Positions 36,601 to 50,060 of a DNA stretch of 64,000 nucleotides are shown here, piece after piece. The position numbers and the translations under genes are program-made. Each line of letters begins with the position of its first letter. Position 1 is the first letter of the stretch. Under the pieces are notes generated by a model that worked only from the letters and a program-made list of their open reading frames with translations, made no database searches and was not told the origin of the DNA. Source of the DNA: Rhizophagus irregularis (lineage: Eukaryota); assembly GCF_026210795.1 (NCBI RefSeq), contig NC_089429.1, positions 4,278,001 to 4,342,000 on the forward strand, written 5' to 3'.

Positions 36601-38228
36601 GGTCTATGACTTGGCTCTCGTATTGAAAAGACCCCCCAAGGTACCATGGTAAAGGTGTTGTATTCATTGTAGGGTATTCGTACCTGATAGGTAACCTCCT
36701 TGAACCATCTAAGAAATACCATTAGTACCGGGAGAAGAGGGGGTGTATCAGTAAATACGATAATAGGCTGAAAGTTGTATGTACGCGTACAAAAGCAACG
36801 AAAAATAACATTACAAAAGCCATCAAATTTCTTATAAAAATCATTTTAAATTAAATAATTTTAAATTAATCATCTGTTTATATATATATTATGTTTAAAA
36901 TTTTATTTTGGTTACAGAAAATTATTACTAAGGCCTTTAGTGAGCCACTGTATATACATATATATTTTTATATAAAACTTTATTATAATCGTAAAACGAA
37001 AATTGCATCATGTCAATAAAGTATCTACACTAAATACAAAACTAAAAACTTTGCTAATACTAAAACCCATTCCAAATATGACATACTATCCATAAATTTA
37101 TAACCATAAAACAAAAATTAATTCGCAGCGGATCCAATATTTTCTTACGTATAAATTAGTAAAGACCATAGAATCCATGTGATATAATAAAATCATTTTA
37201 CCAATTTTTTAAATTCCTATATACATATAACGATAGTACAGTAAATTTTGTTGTAATTAACTTTATTAAATATATTATCAATGTAGCTTTATCTGCTTAC
37301 TTTATTATGGAATTGTAACTGTGCTTGCTGTGTTTGCTATATAAGAAAAACAAAAATACAAAAAAAAAAGAAAATAAATCAACGTAAAGAAGTTTCACGA
37401 TCAATATATAAGGTATCTAAAATAAACTACTACTAGTACCCTATATATTCCCTGTAGTATAAAGGCTGCCACCTGAATTTAAAAATCTGGTAAGTAGAAC
37501 ACCAATTGTGGTATGAATGTTCATCATATTAAACTCAGCAGGTATACCAAGATTAATAAACATAAGGATGAAAAGTAAGAGCGAAGGAGAACCGATCCCA
37601 GAAGAGAGAGGAAAAGGTGGAAAATTCTTAATCTCATATCATATCTTGCATCTCCCGTCAACTTTTAACTAATGTAGTAAGTTGGTGACACTATTAGGCA
37701 GGAGGCAGAGTTGGAGTAACAGAAGATATTTAAAGGAGGGAATCGAAATGTCCATAAAGTGAATAATAATAAATAGTAGAAAAGTCGTAAAAAAGGGGGT
37801 AGTCAGATGAGGTTCAGGAGGTGAACGGAATGATCCCATTAGGAAATAGGACCAGGATTATGTTGTATAACAATCTTTGTTGTCTAAAAAGGAATGTGGA
37901 CTTGATGAGAAAATATTTCTCAGCAAAAGGAGAGAGACCTACTAATATTGAGGCTGTGCAATATACTAAAAGTCGAATAAATATTTTTTTTAGATAGCGA
38001 TTTATCTCCAATCTTTGTGTCATCAATGTGTCAAATAAAGAAAATTTATAAATAAAATAAATAAAACTATAAAATAAAAATAAAATTAGAGTGAACGAGA
38101 GAACAAGAACAAAAATTGAATTAAATAAATTTAATGACGTGATTTGTGGTATGGCAGTATTATTGGAATATACTTTTATTTAAAAAAAAATATACAATTA
38201 TTTTTTTCTTAATCGAGTAGATAAATGC

Positions 38229-38250
38229 CACTGGTCGAATAATGGTATAC
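38229..38250 (+). mobile_element. Orphan CACTG left terminus
   Basis: CACTGGTCGAATA matches the TIR family at 19576, 24375 and 33847; partner not found. Confidence 0.45.
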
Positions 38251-38265
38251 AGTGAAGAATTATAA

Positions 38266-38561
38266 AGGACCCCGGATATCTTCAAAACAGGTCATAAGTC
38301 ACACTTTTGGCAGATTGGCCCATTTTTCAGGGCTCAAAAAATCGTTTTTTGTAAATATCTCGGCATCCAGTGGTCCAATTTTGAAGAACTTTTTTTTAAA
38401 TTGTAGAGCTAAATGAGGGCTACAAAATAAAAAAAAGTTCATTAAAATTGAATTACTGGATGCTGAGATATTTACAAAAAACGATTTTTTGAGTTTCAGC
38501 AAAAAGGGGTGTTTTTGGCCAAAAGTCCATTATGACCTTTATATTAGATATCCGGGGTCCT
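38266..38561. mobile_element. 296 bp MITE with an 8 bp TSD
   Basis: TIR AGGACCCCGGATATCT / AGATATCCGGGGTCCT; TSD AATTATAA on both sides; long internal inverted repeat. Confidence 0.9.
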
Positions 38562-38974
38562 AATTATAAACCCGATTCTTCATTGATTCTTCATAGATTG
38601 TACTACTATATTATTTCGATGATTATTTCCGATTTTCCACCAATACCTCGTTTAGATTCTGGACAACATCGGTAAACCTATATAATTCATAAATATTGTA
38701 ATTAAATCAGTAAAGAATAGGGTTTTCTGATATTTATCCTATTTCCAAAAGGTCATTCATAATGTGTACTTCTGGCTCTTTTAATTTATTCTGTTCTTCA
38801 GAATTATAATTTCTTAATTTTTAAAAAAAATGCGATGAGAAATTCTGTATCACATAACCACTGTTCAATATTCATTTCGGTATTAATTTTTCCGAATAGA
38901 ATTGTGATACAAATCAATCCGCATCATATCATACAATAGATTTTCTTTGACACATTATCAAATGACATGCAGTC

Positions 38975-39608
38975 GATATTACTAAGAAAAAAATAAAAAA
39001 TTAAAAGTAAAAAATAAAATTTTAGCACACGAATTTTTCATTAAGAAGCTTTGCAATTGTGCAAATTGTTTATATAAAATATAAATTAATTACTCTATGC
39101 AAGGCTGTGCAATACATCGAAAATATGTAAATTACACGAATATTATTTTATATAAATTAAATATCATGCAAGATTTCATAAAATATACAAATTACACAAA
39201 TTTATATCAAGTGAACATCGTGCAAGTTTTCCACAATCCGTTCTTTGCAATGATATTTATTAATCTTGTATTACTAAGAAAAAATCGATCATATGAAAAT
39301 ACTGAATATTAAATCAATTATACAATTGAAAAAAAAATAAAAGTAAAAAATAAAATTTTCGAATTTCTCATTAAGAAGCTTCGCAATTGTGCAAATTGTT
39401 TATATAAATTAATTACTAAGCAACTATACTGCAACTATGCAAGGCTGTGCAATAATTCTTCGAAAATATGTAAATTACATAAATATTATTTTATATAAAT
39501 TAAATATCAGTCATGCAAGATTTCATAAAATGTACAAATTACACAAATTTATATCAAGCGAACAACTGAACATCGTGCAAGTTTTCCATAATCCGATCTT
39601 TGCAATGT
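38975..39608. repeat. Tandem duplication (~330 bp x 2), with an inverted copy at 52420-52680
   Basis: GAAGCTT.GCAATTGTGCAAATTG..ATGCAAGGCTGTGCAATA..CATGCAAGATTTCATAAAAT repeated. Confidence 0.85.
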
Positions 39609-40908
39609 TATTCTTTAATAACTATGTCTTCATATTAAGTTTATCCCATATAATAAATAAATTTATTTTTATACTCTTGATCTTGGCTTTATTTTCAAAT
39701 AAAAACGTCGTTAAAACTTAAAATGAGTTCTAAGGCTACATCAAGTTCAAAACGTAAGAAAAGCCGAAATGCGCATGATAGCTCTAGTAAAAGTGTACGC
39801 CAACAGATAGAAGATACCTCTATTATTTCTACACCACCTATCGAAGGTTAGCATTAATTTTCTATGATTACAGATTAAATAAAACAATCTTTCTCATGTA
39901 TAATTTTATATAATAAAATATATAGTATCACGTATTACCGTTGAGCGCATTTTATCAAAATTGTCATCCTTAGAGTTAAAAATGGACCAAGTAAACACTA
40001 CTTTATCAGATCTTGCAGATAAAGTTTCAAAATTAGATGATCAAATGAAGAATGAATCTGGCGATTAGGATTTAGTATTGGTAATCAATTAATAAATTAA
40101 TTGTTTATCTATATTTAATTTATTATTAATATTAATATATTATATCGTTTAGTCTGCTGTAAAACGTATAGTAAAGGAACTAATTAAAATTGCTATATAT
40201 CCGACTCAAAGTCAATTTCTGTCAAAAACTGAAGAATTTCTATCAGAAAATTATTCTGAATTTTATAAACGTGTATCTAGAAGAAATTGGATTTCCTATT
40301 ATGAAAATAATATATTTCCTCAGGTAATACAAACCTTCTTTATATTTGATAATACTCGTAGTTAATATTTATTTTTTAGTTGTTGGATAAACACCGTTCC
40401 CATCGAGGTACCTTATCCTCGCGGATCAAAGATACTATGTTTGCCATTTTTGGTGACGATCAGTTACCACCTATCAATTCAAGTGCTACCCTGGAAAAAA
40501 TAAGTATATGGAAGAAATCGCAAGAGGTGCGCAATTGTTATAAGAAATTAAACACGCATATAGAAAAAATTTTGGTAAAGTTATATGGTCCGGATAACAC
40601 AGGTAGAAAGCTGACCAATCGGGTACCATCCCGATTGGTCACTTTTTTTTAAATAGTCACCTGATTTGTTCAATAGTTAGAAATTGGTGTAAACTTTCGA
40701 TCGGGTACCAATCAGGTTATTACCCGATTGATAACTATTGTTTAGTTTAAATTTACCGATTGATTTCTATTGTACTGTTTAAATTTAAAATTACCAATTT
40801 TATAATTTATAAATTTATAAACAATGTTTTAATTATATTGAAACTAAATTTATTAATCAGTATTACTATAAATATGAATTTACCGATTTAAAACTAATCA
40901 TAACATTA

Positions 40909-43900
40909 TTACAAATGAAATTGTCTATTGATAGGTATGACTGCCATGTAAGTAATCAGTTTTCGGTTGCCTATTGTAAATTTACAAGGTAAAAATCGGC
41001 TATATATATTATGAATCGGTATAATACAATCTCTTGATAATTCGTGAAAATAATCTTTCCACAATTCAATATTACAGCTTTTATCATCCTGATTGTCGAT
41101 TCTGCAATGAAATCTTGTTTTTTCCCTCGGTACCCACATATACCATTTTATAAAAGCAAGTCGATGTGTCTTTGCACCGGTTGGAAGCGGAACTGTGTGC
41201 TCAAAATAAAACTGCACTTGTCCGAGAAAAATATCGACAGATTCATCATCTTGTATAAACTTGCTTGTGACATATGAACTTCTTTGATATCGAGGTGCAA
41301 GTGCAGATCCAAAGATTTCAGTAGCAATCCGAATACGACCAAATTGAGACACATTGGGTGATACAACGATTGGTTGATTTTCAGAATTGCTTGATGTCAA
41401 ATTATTTGAAACAAATTCGGCAATTGATACAAAATCCCTATTGTATGTATCATTGTAATATTTTATCAGAAGTTTATATATAGTATCTGGTAACGATACT
41501 TGCTTTTTTGGGGTAATCATTTCTCCGGGAAATTCTTCACAACCGGTAATTGTAACATCAATATTTTGATGAAAGGTTCGCATAAATCGGTAAAGTTCAG
41601 CAAAATCAAACCCATCATAAGCCGCTAAACTTCCAGTAGTTAGCCTATTTTGTACCAGAGATAATGCTTCCATCAATTTTTGATTATCCGATTGGGCGGA
41701 TATTAGGCAATTTAGCCGTGAATTTTGCGTGATGATTCGCATCAATTCTAGTTCAATAGCTCGCTTACTATTTGGAAAAGAACCTACAGCAAGATGATAA
41801 ATAAATTAATTCATTTATACTATTTATTAAATTTAACTTATACCGATAACTTATACCGATTTATATATATATTTACCTAATAATCCGTTCATTCTTTCAA
41901 ACGAGTAACACCAGAAAGAATATAATGGGCCATAATCATGGCAACAATCGACAATATGGAGTGATAAATGGATGTTTGGAGTTATCATCTCTTTTCCGTA
42001 ATACGTTTCAATTAAACGAGCTACTTGAAGCAATCAGCTATGAGCTTCGCGCAATGCATTGGTGGCGATAATTTGACAGACAAGCAAAGAGCAAGCTCTT
42101 ACAAAATTTGCTAATATTTCACGATCGGAAGTATCTAGGAGATCCCACATCAATGGAGTCGCGTAAATTAAAATAAACGATTTCCATTGATCAGCCATAA
42201 ATCCAGAAAACCCTTCCCCAGTTGCTATTTTATACGGAATCCTTCCGATATCCGCTGGTACTTTAAGAGCTTTTGCTCTTCTTTCCATTAATTCAAGGTC
42301 CTTTTTAGTGATTTTTCCGCTATCTATCCATAATTTCTTTACGATCCAATGAGCAATCTCCAGGAATAAACAGTGCATTGGATCGACAATAAGATGTCTT
42401 ATCAGGTTGAAATAAGGCAATCTTAGCATTTCCGACCACTGCACGTGAGTGTCGGAAACATGTTTTTTTCTTTCTTCCTGAGTTCTGCACTGTCTCCAAA
42501 GTTCGGCATTTCGTCGATGCTCATTTGGATCTCTGGAAATGTACCAATCATCCATATCGTCAAACTCACCAAAATTAAACCTTCTTCCGCTGCTATTGGC
42601 TGTTTTGTAGCATCGATGACAACCGACCAGTGCCGAAATATGTCCACATAATTTTCTAGCAGCCGGTATGTCATTGCTGCAGCAAATTACGGCCATCTGA
42701 ATTCTTTTACCAGATGGTAGATCGATGCCATCCCAGAATTCTAACAATTTGTCGACAATTGGACTAAGAAAATGATTAATCTTGTGTAATTTTACTTCTT
42801 CCAGTCCTGGGAAAAGTCCAAGATATAGCATGTTTTCTCGTTTAAATCTAATATCACGGGGAAGATTACATATGACCCCATAGATAACACCAGAACTGTA
42901 AGCTGATGAATTAAATGGCTGGAACCAGTCTAAATTAATCATGATCCCAAGATTAAAATCGGCCATCTCATTTGTAAAAAATTGAGTATCCGGGTTGTTT
43001 AAGGAAGATGGAAAGCTTTTCCATACATCTCCATCGTAAATATCGGTGTATAAGCCTGGTTCATTTCTCCGATTTGTCCATTTCTGAAGTGATTCTTCAA
43101 AGCCTGGACGTTGATACATCACAGTCAATTGCTTTTTCAAAGTTGGTATCGGATATAACATTCTGGGTCTTTGGACAAATCTATTAACTACCGGGACTTT
43201 ATTAGTTAATTCTGTTCCACATATCCGCCTTTTATTACGCATAGGATGGTTAGGAAATTCCACATGAGTGCATTGGAATCCGGTATTTGTCTCATTTTGT
43301 GGATTTCCTGGCAAAATTTCTGATATTTTATACAGAGTGTTGCATTCAGGACATACCGCACATGTCCTATCTCGTTTATTAATTCCTAAAAGTTTTTTTG
43401 CCATATAAAAACTTGTAGGAAAATTTTCAAAACGTGTTCGATCAGTATCCAATAATACCATCCTGAAAAACTTAATAAGTGACTCAATAGCAACATCCGG
43501 AACACGAAATCTCGCTTGGTATTTGAATATCCACAGAAGTATCCACGAATCATTAAAATTAATGTTCGTGTCAAAATATTCATGGTCTGACTCAAGATCA
43601 TTAAAATTGGGAGCGGTAAATTCTTCAATTGGAACATCGTCTTCATCTGTAGTAGAAGCTCCATCATCATCGCTCGGTACTTTATCTTTAAGTTGAACTG
43701 GTTCCAGTTTATTAGGTTGTTCAAGATTTACATCACGAAACTTATTGTGGCATTTTCGTCTTTTCGGTCCATCAATCGGCTCATTATCAGTTTCATTATC
43801 GTTTTCATCATCATCATTTCGTTCCGATTCTTCATCATCATTTCATTTCGATTCATCATCATCGTTTCGTTCCGATTCTTCATCATCGGTTCGTTCTGAT

Positions 43901-44282
43901 TCATCATCATCGTTTTGTTCTGATTCATCATTATCATTTCGTTCCGATTCTTCATCATCATCGGTATCTGATAAATTCTCAACGACTCTAGTTCTTCTTT
44001 TTTTCTTTCTTTAGAACTGTTGCTAGAATTGATTTTTTTTCTTTCTTTAGAAATGTTATGTTTTTTGCCGGTTCCTCTTGATCGAGAAGCTTGAGATCCG
44101 GTAGCGATAGCTTGGAGTTGTTCTATTTCTTTGCGTTATCTCTCAAATGTTCTGGGATCCACCAATTTACTACCTCCGCAATGCAATAAACATTTACATT
44201 CAACCAAATTTCTAGTTTTAGGACCACTTTTAGTAACTTTCGAACGATTTCTATTAACACGATATTTTCTTGGTCTTGGCAT
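40909..44282 (-). pseudogene. CACTA/EnSpm Tnp2-type transposase with a few lesions
   Basis: ATG at 44282; CPEC, DIYDG, INLDWFQP, NDIPAARKLCGH, VDPMHCLF, MADQW and YGPLYSFWCYSFERMNG; intron 41784-41876; frameshifts and stops. Confidence 0.92.
43805..43965 (-). repeat. Coding acidic repeat (DDEESERN-like)
   Basis: ~24-27 bp units TTCGTTCCGATTCTTCATCATCA. Confidence 0.75.
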
Positions 44283-44387
44283 ATTTGGTTTGATATAAAT
44301 ATTTACCAACCCAATTTTATTTTAAATTTAAATAACCTGATTTAATAACTTTGAAGTTTGTTTATAAAATTCATCGTAATTAGTTCT

Positions 44388-44630
44388 CAATCAGTTAACT
44401 TATTTCATTTAGTTGATTAAATAAATTCTTAAAATTTCCATATCAATCAATTAATTTATTTCATTTAGTTGATTAAATAAATTCTTAAAATTTCCATATC
44501 AATCAATTAATTTATTTCATTTAGTTGATTAAATAAATACTTAAAATTTCCATATCAATCAGTTAGCTTATTTCATTTAGTTGATTAAATAAATTCTTAA
44601 AAATAATATATCAATCAGTTATCTTATTGC
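44388..44630. repeat. Tandem repeat, 56 bp x ~4.3
   Basis: TATTTCATTTAG at 44401, 44457, 44513 and 44569. Confidence 0.9.
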
Positions 44631-44989
44631 AATTAATTAAAAAATAATAATATCAATCATGATTGAATAAATGGATTTTATGTATCAATTAATCGTATGA
44701 ACGTATAAATCGTAGAAATTGCGAGAAAATTACTATCACTATTATCTTTAATATTAATTGCAACGGTTAATTAAATCAGTTTATTTTTATTTTTAAATAT
44801 ATCAATAGTAACTAACAGTTAATTAAATCAGTCTATTTAAGCTAAAATAAACTATCGGGAATATATATATGAGCTAATTTAGACTCGACTTTTTCTTCTC
44901 GCTTGTTACCGATTTTTGTAACATAACCCTATATTTTTCTATCCGTGAATTTATTAAAACATATTCTTACTGAAATATTATAATTAAAT

Positions 44990-47203
44990 ATGACTAAAAA
45001 ACATGAAAAACATGAAAAACATGAAAAGAAGAAAAAATCTGGAAAACGGTACCACTCGGATATAGAATCCTCCAATAGCGAAAAACCTGAAGCTAAAGTG
45101 CGAAAGACCAATAAAACGGTTCCAAAGAAACAAATGGACAAACAACGGTAATTTAATTTATTTGATTTTCGTCAGATTCTTTAATTTCTCGATTTATTAG
45201 CGATCGATACCTAATATTAAACCAACGAAAAGACAAAAGCCCACTTTAATCGACTTTGTTGAAGACGAAGAAAGAAATATTGGTATATTTCGATATATTT
45301 ATGTAATCATGCCTGAATTTATTATATCACCTAATGATTATGAATTTAAAGTACTCGATAAAGAAAAACGAACAAAAAGACGTCAATCGGAATCAATGAA
45401 AGGCCAAAAAGGCCAAAAGTCCGGTGTAATTGACTTAGTTGACGATGATGACAATGATCTGATTCAACAGGATGAGAGAGATAATGATCAAACCGGTATG
45501 TTATTAATGTATATATTAATAAGTATATTATAATAAGATTATCAAATTTTATCAATTTTATCACAATTTTTCTTTTTTAGCGTTCCAGGAGCAGGTCGAA
45601 GAATTGAGTCAGTTGATCCAGAAAATAACGAAAGGTAAACAAAAAGCAGCAAATCCGAAAGATATGATTATTGACTGGTCGGGAGTAGAAACCTCAGATT
45701 CTCCAGAAAAGAGCCAATACGTATCCCGATCACTGAAAAAGAACTGATATATCCAAGCTTATGGAATTGCAAAAGAATATGGAGTTGCCGGATCATCAAA
45801 AAATGCCCGCCTCCATCCTCATCCTCATCGTCATCGTCATCCTCATTCTCATCCCCATCCCCATCCCCATCCTCCTCATTTTCATCCTCAAATTCGTCGT
45901 TTTTTCATTACGAGGAAATGGATCGGGATCTAAGGACTGCTTTAAGGGTAACTATTTTTTTTTTTTAGTTCAGTTTAATTCCCCAGATTGTTTGCTAATC
46001 AGTTGATATTCTTACGATTAGAACAAAATTGCCAGAATTATGGACCGACTTCCGGAAGATAAAGCATTAAATACTAGGAAAACTTTTGATAGTCAGCGAA
46101 AGTTGGTCCAAAATAACATAATTCCGGTAGTACAAAAAATGATCAATAAGAATATATTCTCTGTATCCGATGGTGTGATTAAGCATATCGTGCATGAGAG
46201 ACATCATCACCAGAGAGCTACTACTCAATAGCGAGAGGGATGCCAATTGGAAAGATCTCGAAAAAAGAAGAAAGCATACAAATTCAAGATGAAGTGATGT
46301 AAATATTAAATCGTTGTTTTTATATTACCTTATCTTATAATTTTCTATTAATTATTTAGAAGCGGGAAAGACGAAATAAAACTATCGACAAGTTAAAAAA
46401 ATTAAAAGATCGATTGATAAATAAGTTCCACACCAACGAGCTCCGGCCTCTTCAGACTGATAATCGATACCACAGTCCGGAGGTATCGGAGACCGATAGC
46501 GATAACCCTAATAAGCGAAAGATCATCATACGGGATCTCAAATGGAGATCAGCTACCGTAAGTATTCGAATAATTTTTACCAATCAGTGCATAATAATTC
46601 GTATTTTTATTCTTCTTTTTTTTTATAGCTACGCTCTTTTTTACAAAATTACGTCGATAATGCGGCGTCAAATGCTCGACGCGTAAGAAAACGGGTGTAT
46701 GATACCGAATACGCTCCTAATGAGAACAGTGCACCTGTTAATGCCCCAAATGGGCAAAAGTCGGTTACAAAGGATCGTTGAAACATTTAGTGGAAAAATA
46801 TAGTGCTAATCGCGAAGAGGTAGAGGACGATAAAAGCCAGGAAGACGACGATAAAATCCAAGAAGACGATGATAAAATCCAAGAAGATGACGATAAAAGC
46901 CAGGAAGACGACGATAAAAGCCAGGAAGATGACGATAAAAGCCAGGAAGATGACGATAAAATCCAAGAAGACGACGATAAAAGCCAGGAAGATGACGATA
47001 AAATCCAAGAAGATGACGATAAAAGCCAGGAAGACGACGATAAAAGCCAGGAAGATGACGATGCAACCGGCAGAGAAAAGAACGAAGATCAGGAAAAAGA
47101 GCAGGATGAAGAAGTGGACTATAGGAAAAAAAGGAAAAAGAGAAGTGTAAGTCTTGTTTCAGAAGAATACGATAGTAGTGATAGTAGTAAATCGGTGGGA
47201 TGA
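44990..47203 (+). pseudogene. Accessory multi-exon gene of element D
   Basis: ATG at 44990; several GT-AG introns; NRYHSPEVSETD motif; DDDKSQE repeat tail; premature stops. Confidence 0.7.
46825..47063 (+). repeat. Coding tandem repeat, 21 bp x ~11 (DDDKSQE/DDDKIQE)
   Basis: GACGATAAAAGCCAGGAAGAC units. Confidence 0.95.
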
Positions 47204-48854
47204 TTCAATTATATAATAATAATTTAGCAATAAATTTATTTCTGTAAAACCAATTTTTATAATTTTAATAATTAATATATAATCGTATTTAGTAAACTAA
47301 CCAAAATATAATTAATAAAACCGTAAATTTAAAATAAAAATGTATGGCAATCAGAAGATTTTTTATTGGTTGAAAAGTTAACAATCGGTATACTGATATG
47401 TCAAATAGTAAATGGCCTATTGTAACCCGATTGTACTCTATTTAAATATCCAATTGTACTCTATTTGAATATCCCGATTGGAATCCTAATGTACTCTTAT
47501 TGCGCCATTTTTTGGTAGCAATCGGGATTCTCCCGATTGATAATAAACAAAAAAAATAGGGGACCAATAAGATGGAAATCAGGTGACCCGATTTCCATCT
47601 TATTGGTTCCCTATTTGTCATCATTTGACCGGTGTAAAGAAAAAAGAAGTGAAGTTCAAGTTGCGTTTGCAATGGCCTTGGTAGAAGAAATTTTGAACCC
47701 GTAAAAAAACCATTTGAAGATTAGTGAGGTTTTGATGCAATTAAAAATCGAAAAGTACCTTGTATGTTTGTTTATATATATATTTTAAATGTGAAATTAT
47801 ATATTTTTATAAAGATAATAACAATTTTTTTTTTATTTTAGAATAAATTGAGAAATAATTCTTATAGTTTTTCAGAAGAAGAACATAGTGATGAAGAATA
47901 TTTATCAGGTGAAAGAGGTGAAGGCGAAGGAAGCAAAGATTATGAAAGTGATAAGTAATAAGAATAATGATATTCTTTTATTTCCGATGTTTATAGTTTA
48001 AACTCGTTTATTGTAAATTCTTGTTCTCCTTGTAAGAATTGTAGCTTTAAGTAAAATAAAGTAGTTCATTTATTTGTAAGATTAGAGCACCAAGTCGGTA
48101 AATAAATAACAACTGATTTTATTATAATTATATAAAAATTTTTATTATTATTAAAATTTACATAGAAGAAAAATATTAAAGAAAAATCAAAACAAATAAA
48201 AAACGAAAGCCTAAAGATCAAAATCACAAAAAATAATGGTTAGTACTAAGTTTCGGACAAATATCAGAATAATTTAGGCCTGAAACTTAACATCATATAA
48301 TTGATATTTAACTTATAGAATCCTGATATCTGTAAAGAAAATAGTTGTGAAAAAATACTTGTCGAAACTATGAATCACGTGGTTTAAGAAAAATTCTCAA
48401 GAATTTTTCTTAATACTGCTTAATTTAAAGTTTAAAACATTGGTAACGATAATTAAAATTGCTGCAGTATATTTTTGGAGATCGCTGATTCCTAAGTCTA
48501 TTTTCCACTAGCCGAATTTAGACTTCATTAAAAAATATTTTTTTTTCTCTTTCTTATGGTAAAGTTTCGAAGTTGAATTTGAAACGAAATTTTTCAACTT
48601 TGGAAATATTAATGTTTGGGACATTATAAATTATCTCTAATACATGTCTCGCAGTTTCAGCTCCAACGATAATAAAATTATGGATACGAATGCCTTCTAA
48701 CCAAATAAAAGTTATGACCTTTTATTTTCGTTTTTAAAACGGGCAATTAAGACTCCTTTAAAACGTTTCTTTAACGTTTTTCAAACTGGCTCCGAAGACT
48801 TAGATTTTAGAGTCCTAAGTATGTTTTGACAAAAAAGTCTTTAATTTCGGATTC

Positions 48855-50060
48855 CTGGGTAAGTTCCAAACGGTTTGAAACAACTTTTTTTAAAAAAAGT
48901 TAATTTTTCATTTTTTTTAGAGTCGGAATTCAACCTATTTCCTTTATTACTTTTTTATGTAGATTTTGACGGCGATTTCAAGAATAGGTAAGCTGAGGAA
49001 TTTTTCCTTTTTTTCTTTTTTGTTTTAATTCTAAAAACTTATGTTTCTTTTTATCTTAGGTTTCGGGTTAAATTTTAAAGAATCGGTAAGTTTATTCTTC
49101 GTATATTATTTATTTTTCTTTTGTTTCGTATTTATACTAATCTATGACTTTTTTCCTCCTTTAGATCCTGGTGGCAAATGGTTCTTTCATATTTTTCAAT
49201 TTCAGTAATGATTTTTTTTCCTTAATTTACTTTTAAACGAACTGTTACTAATAATTATTTTTTATTTTTTTTAGGCGGTTCTTTCGGTCTCTTTGGAGTT
49301 TAGACTTGGGATCTCGGTAAGTAAAAATTTTTTTTAATGGGTTTTAACTTAACGAACTTTACTAACAGTTCGTTTCCTTTTCTTTTTTTTCTAGCTTTCT
49401 AGCAATAAAGAGAAGAACGGCTCTTTTTAGATACGTATTTCGATATGGTAAACGTAATATATCTTTTTATTTAATTTCTTTTAACGAAATGTTTACTAAC
49501 ATTCCGTTTTTTCTTTTGTAGATGGTCGGGAAAGGAGATTCAAATAAAAAAGTTACTTTAAAATGTTTATATAATTCACAAGAATCTATTAATTTTTTAA
49601 TAAGTGAGGTATAAAATTTATTTAAATATTTAAATACTTTTTTTAATTAGTAAATTCCCAATTTTTTTTTATATTTAGGCTAACAAATATCCAACAGAAT
49701 TACGCATACGTGTATAAGAAAAGAAATACCGATATTTTTAAAATATATTTTTATAGATTTCGGACGCCATTTTGAACCGGCAAGTTATAAAAAAATTTTA
49801 ATTTAAATAGAAGGTGTGTAGATATGTACTAACCTTCCATTTTCTTTTATTTGTAGATTCTGGACTTGTTAGATGCCATCTTGGTCCGGTAAAGAATTCT
49901 TTTTTTGAATAAAAGGCGTATAGGCGTCTCTAAATCTCGTTAGATAATTAGATCGTACTTGGATGGTGAGTTTCAAAATTATACTTTAAGACTTTGTTTT
50001 TTTTTCTTTAAACAAAAATACAATTACTAATATTTATTTATTATATTTTATTTAGCTCTT
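48855..50060 (+). other. Micro-exon/intron series
   Basis: About 10 GTAAG..CTAAC..TAG introns with short non-identical exons. Confidence 0.55.

Larger units (their letters stand above)
40598..47634. mobile_element. Complete 7037 bp CACTA/EnSpm-type element D
   Basis: Imperfect TIRs CACAGGTAGAAAGCTGACCAATCGGGTACCA / (rc) CACCGGTCAAATGATGACAAATAGGGAACCA; TSD TAA; two divergent genes. Confidence 0.92.
39723..47958 (+). pseudogene. Multi-exon unknown gene split by element D
   Basis: ATG at 39723 with GT-AG introns. Removing 40598-47637 restores KLYGPDKEKRSEVQVAFAMALVEEILNP; the last acidic exon ends at 47958; additional stops present. Confidence 0.75.

Noticed and set aside
37480..38026. Possible non-LTR retrotransposon 3' remnant or gene
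   Set aside because: No RT or other recognisable motif; broken frames.
46787..47150. Overlapping repeat ORFs in alternative frames
   Set aside because: Shadows of the 21 bp coding repeat.
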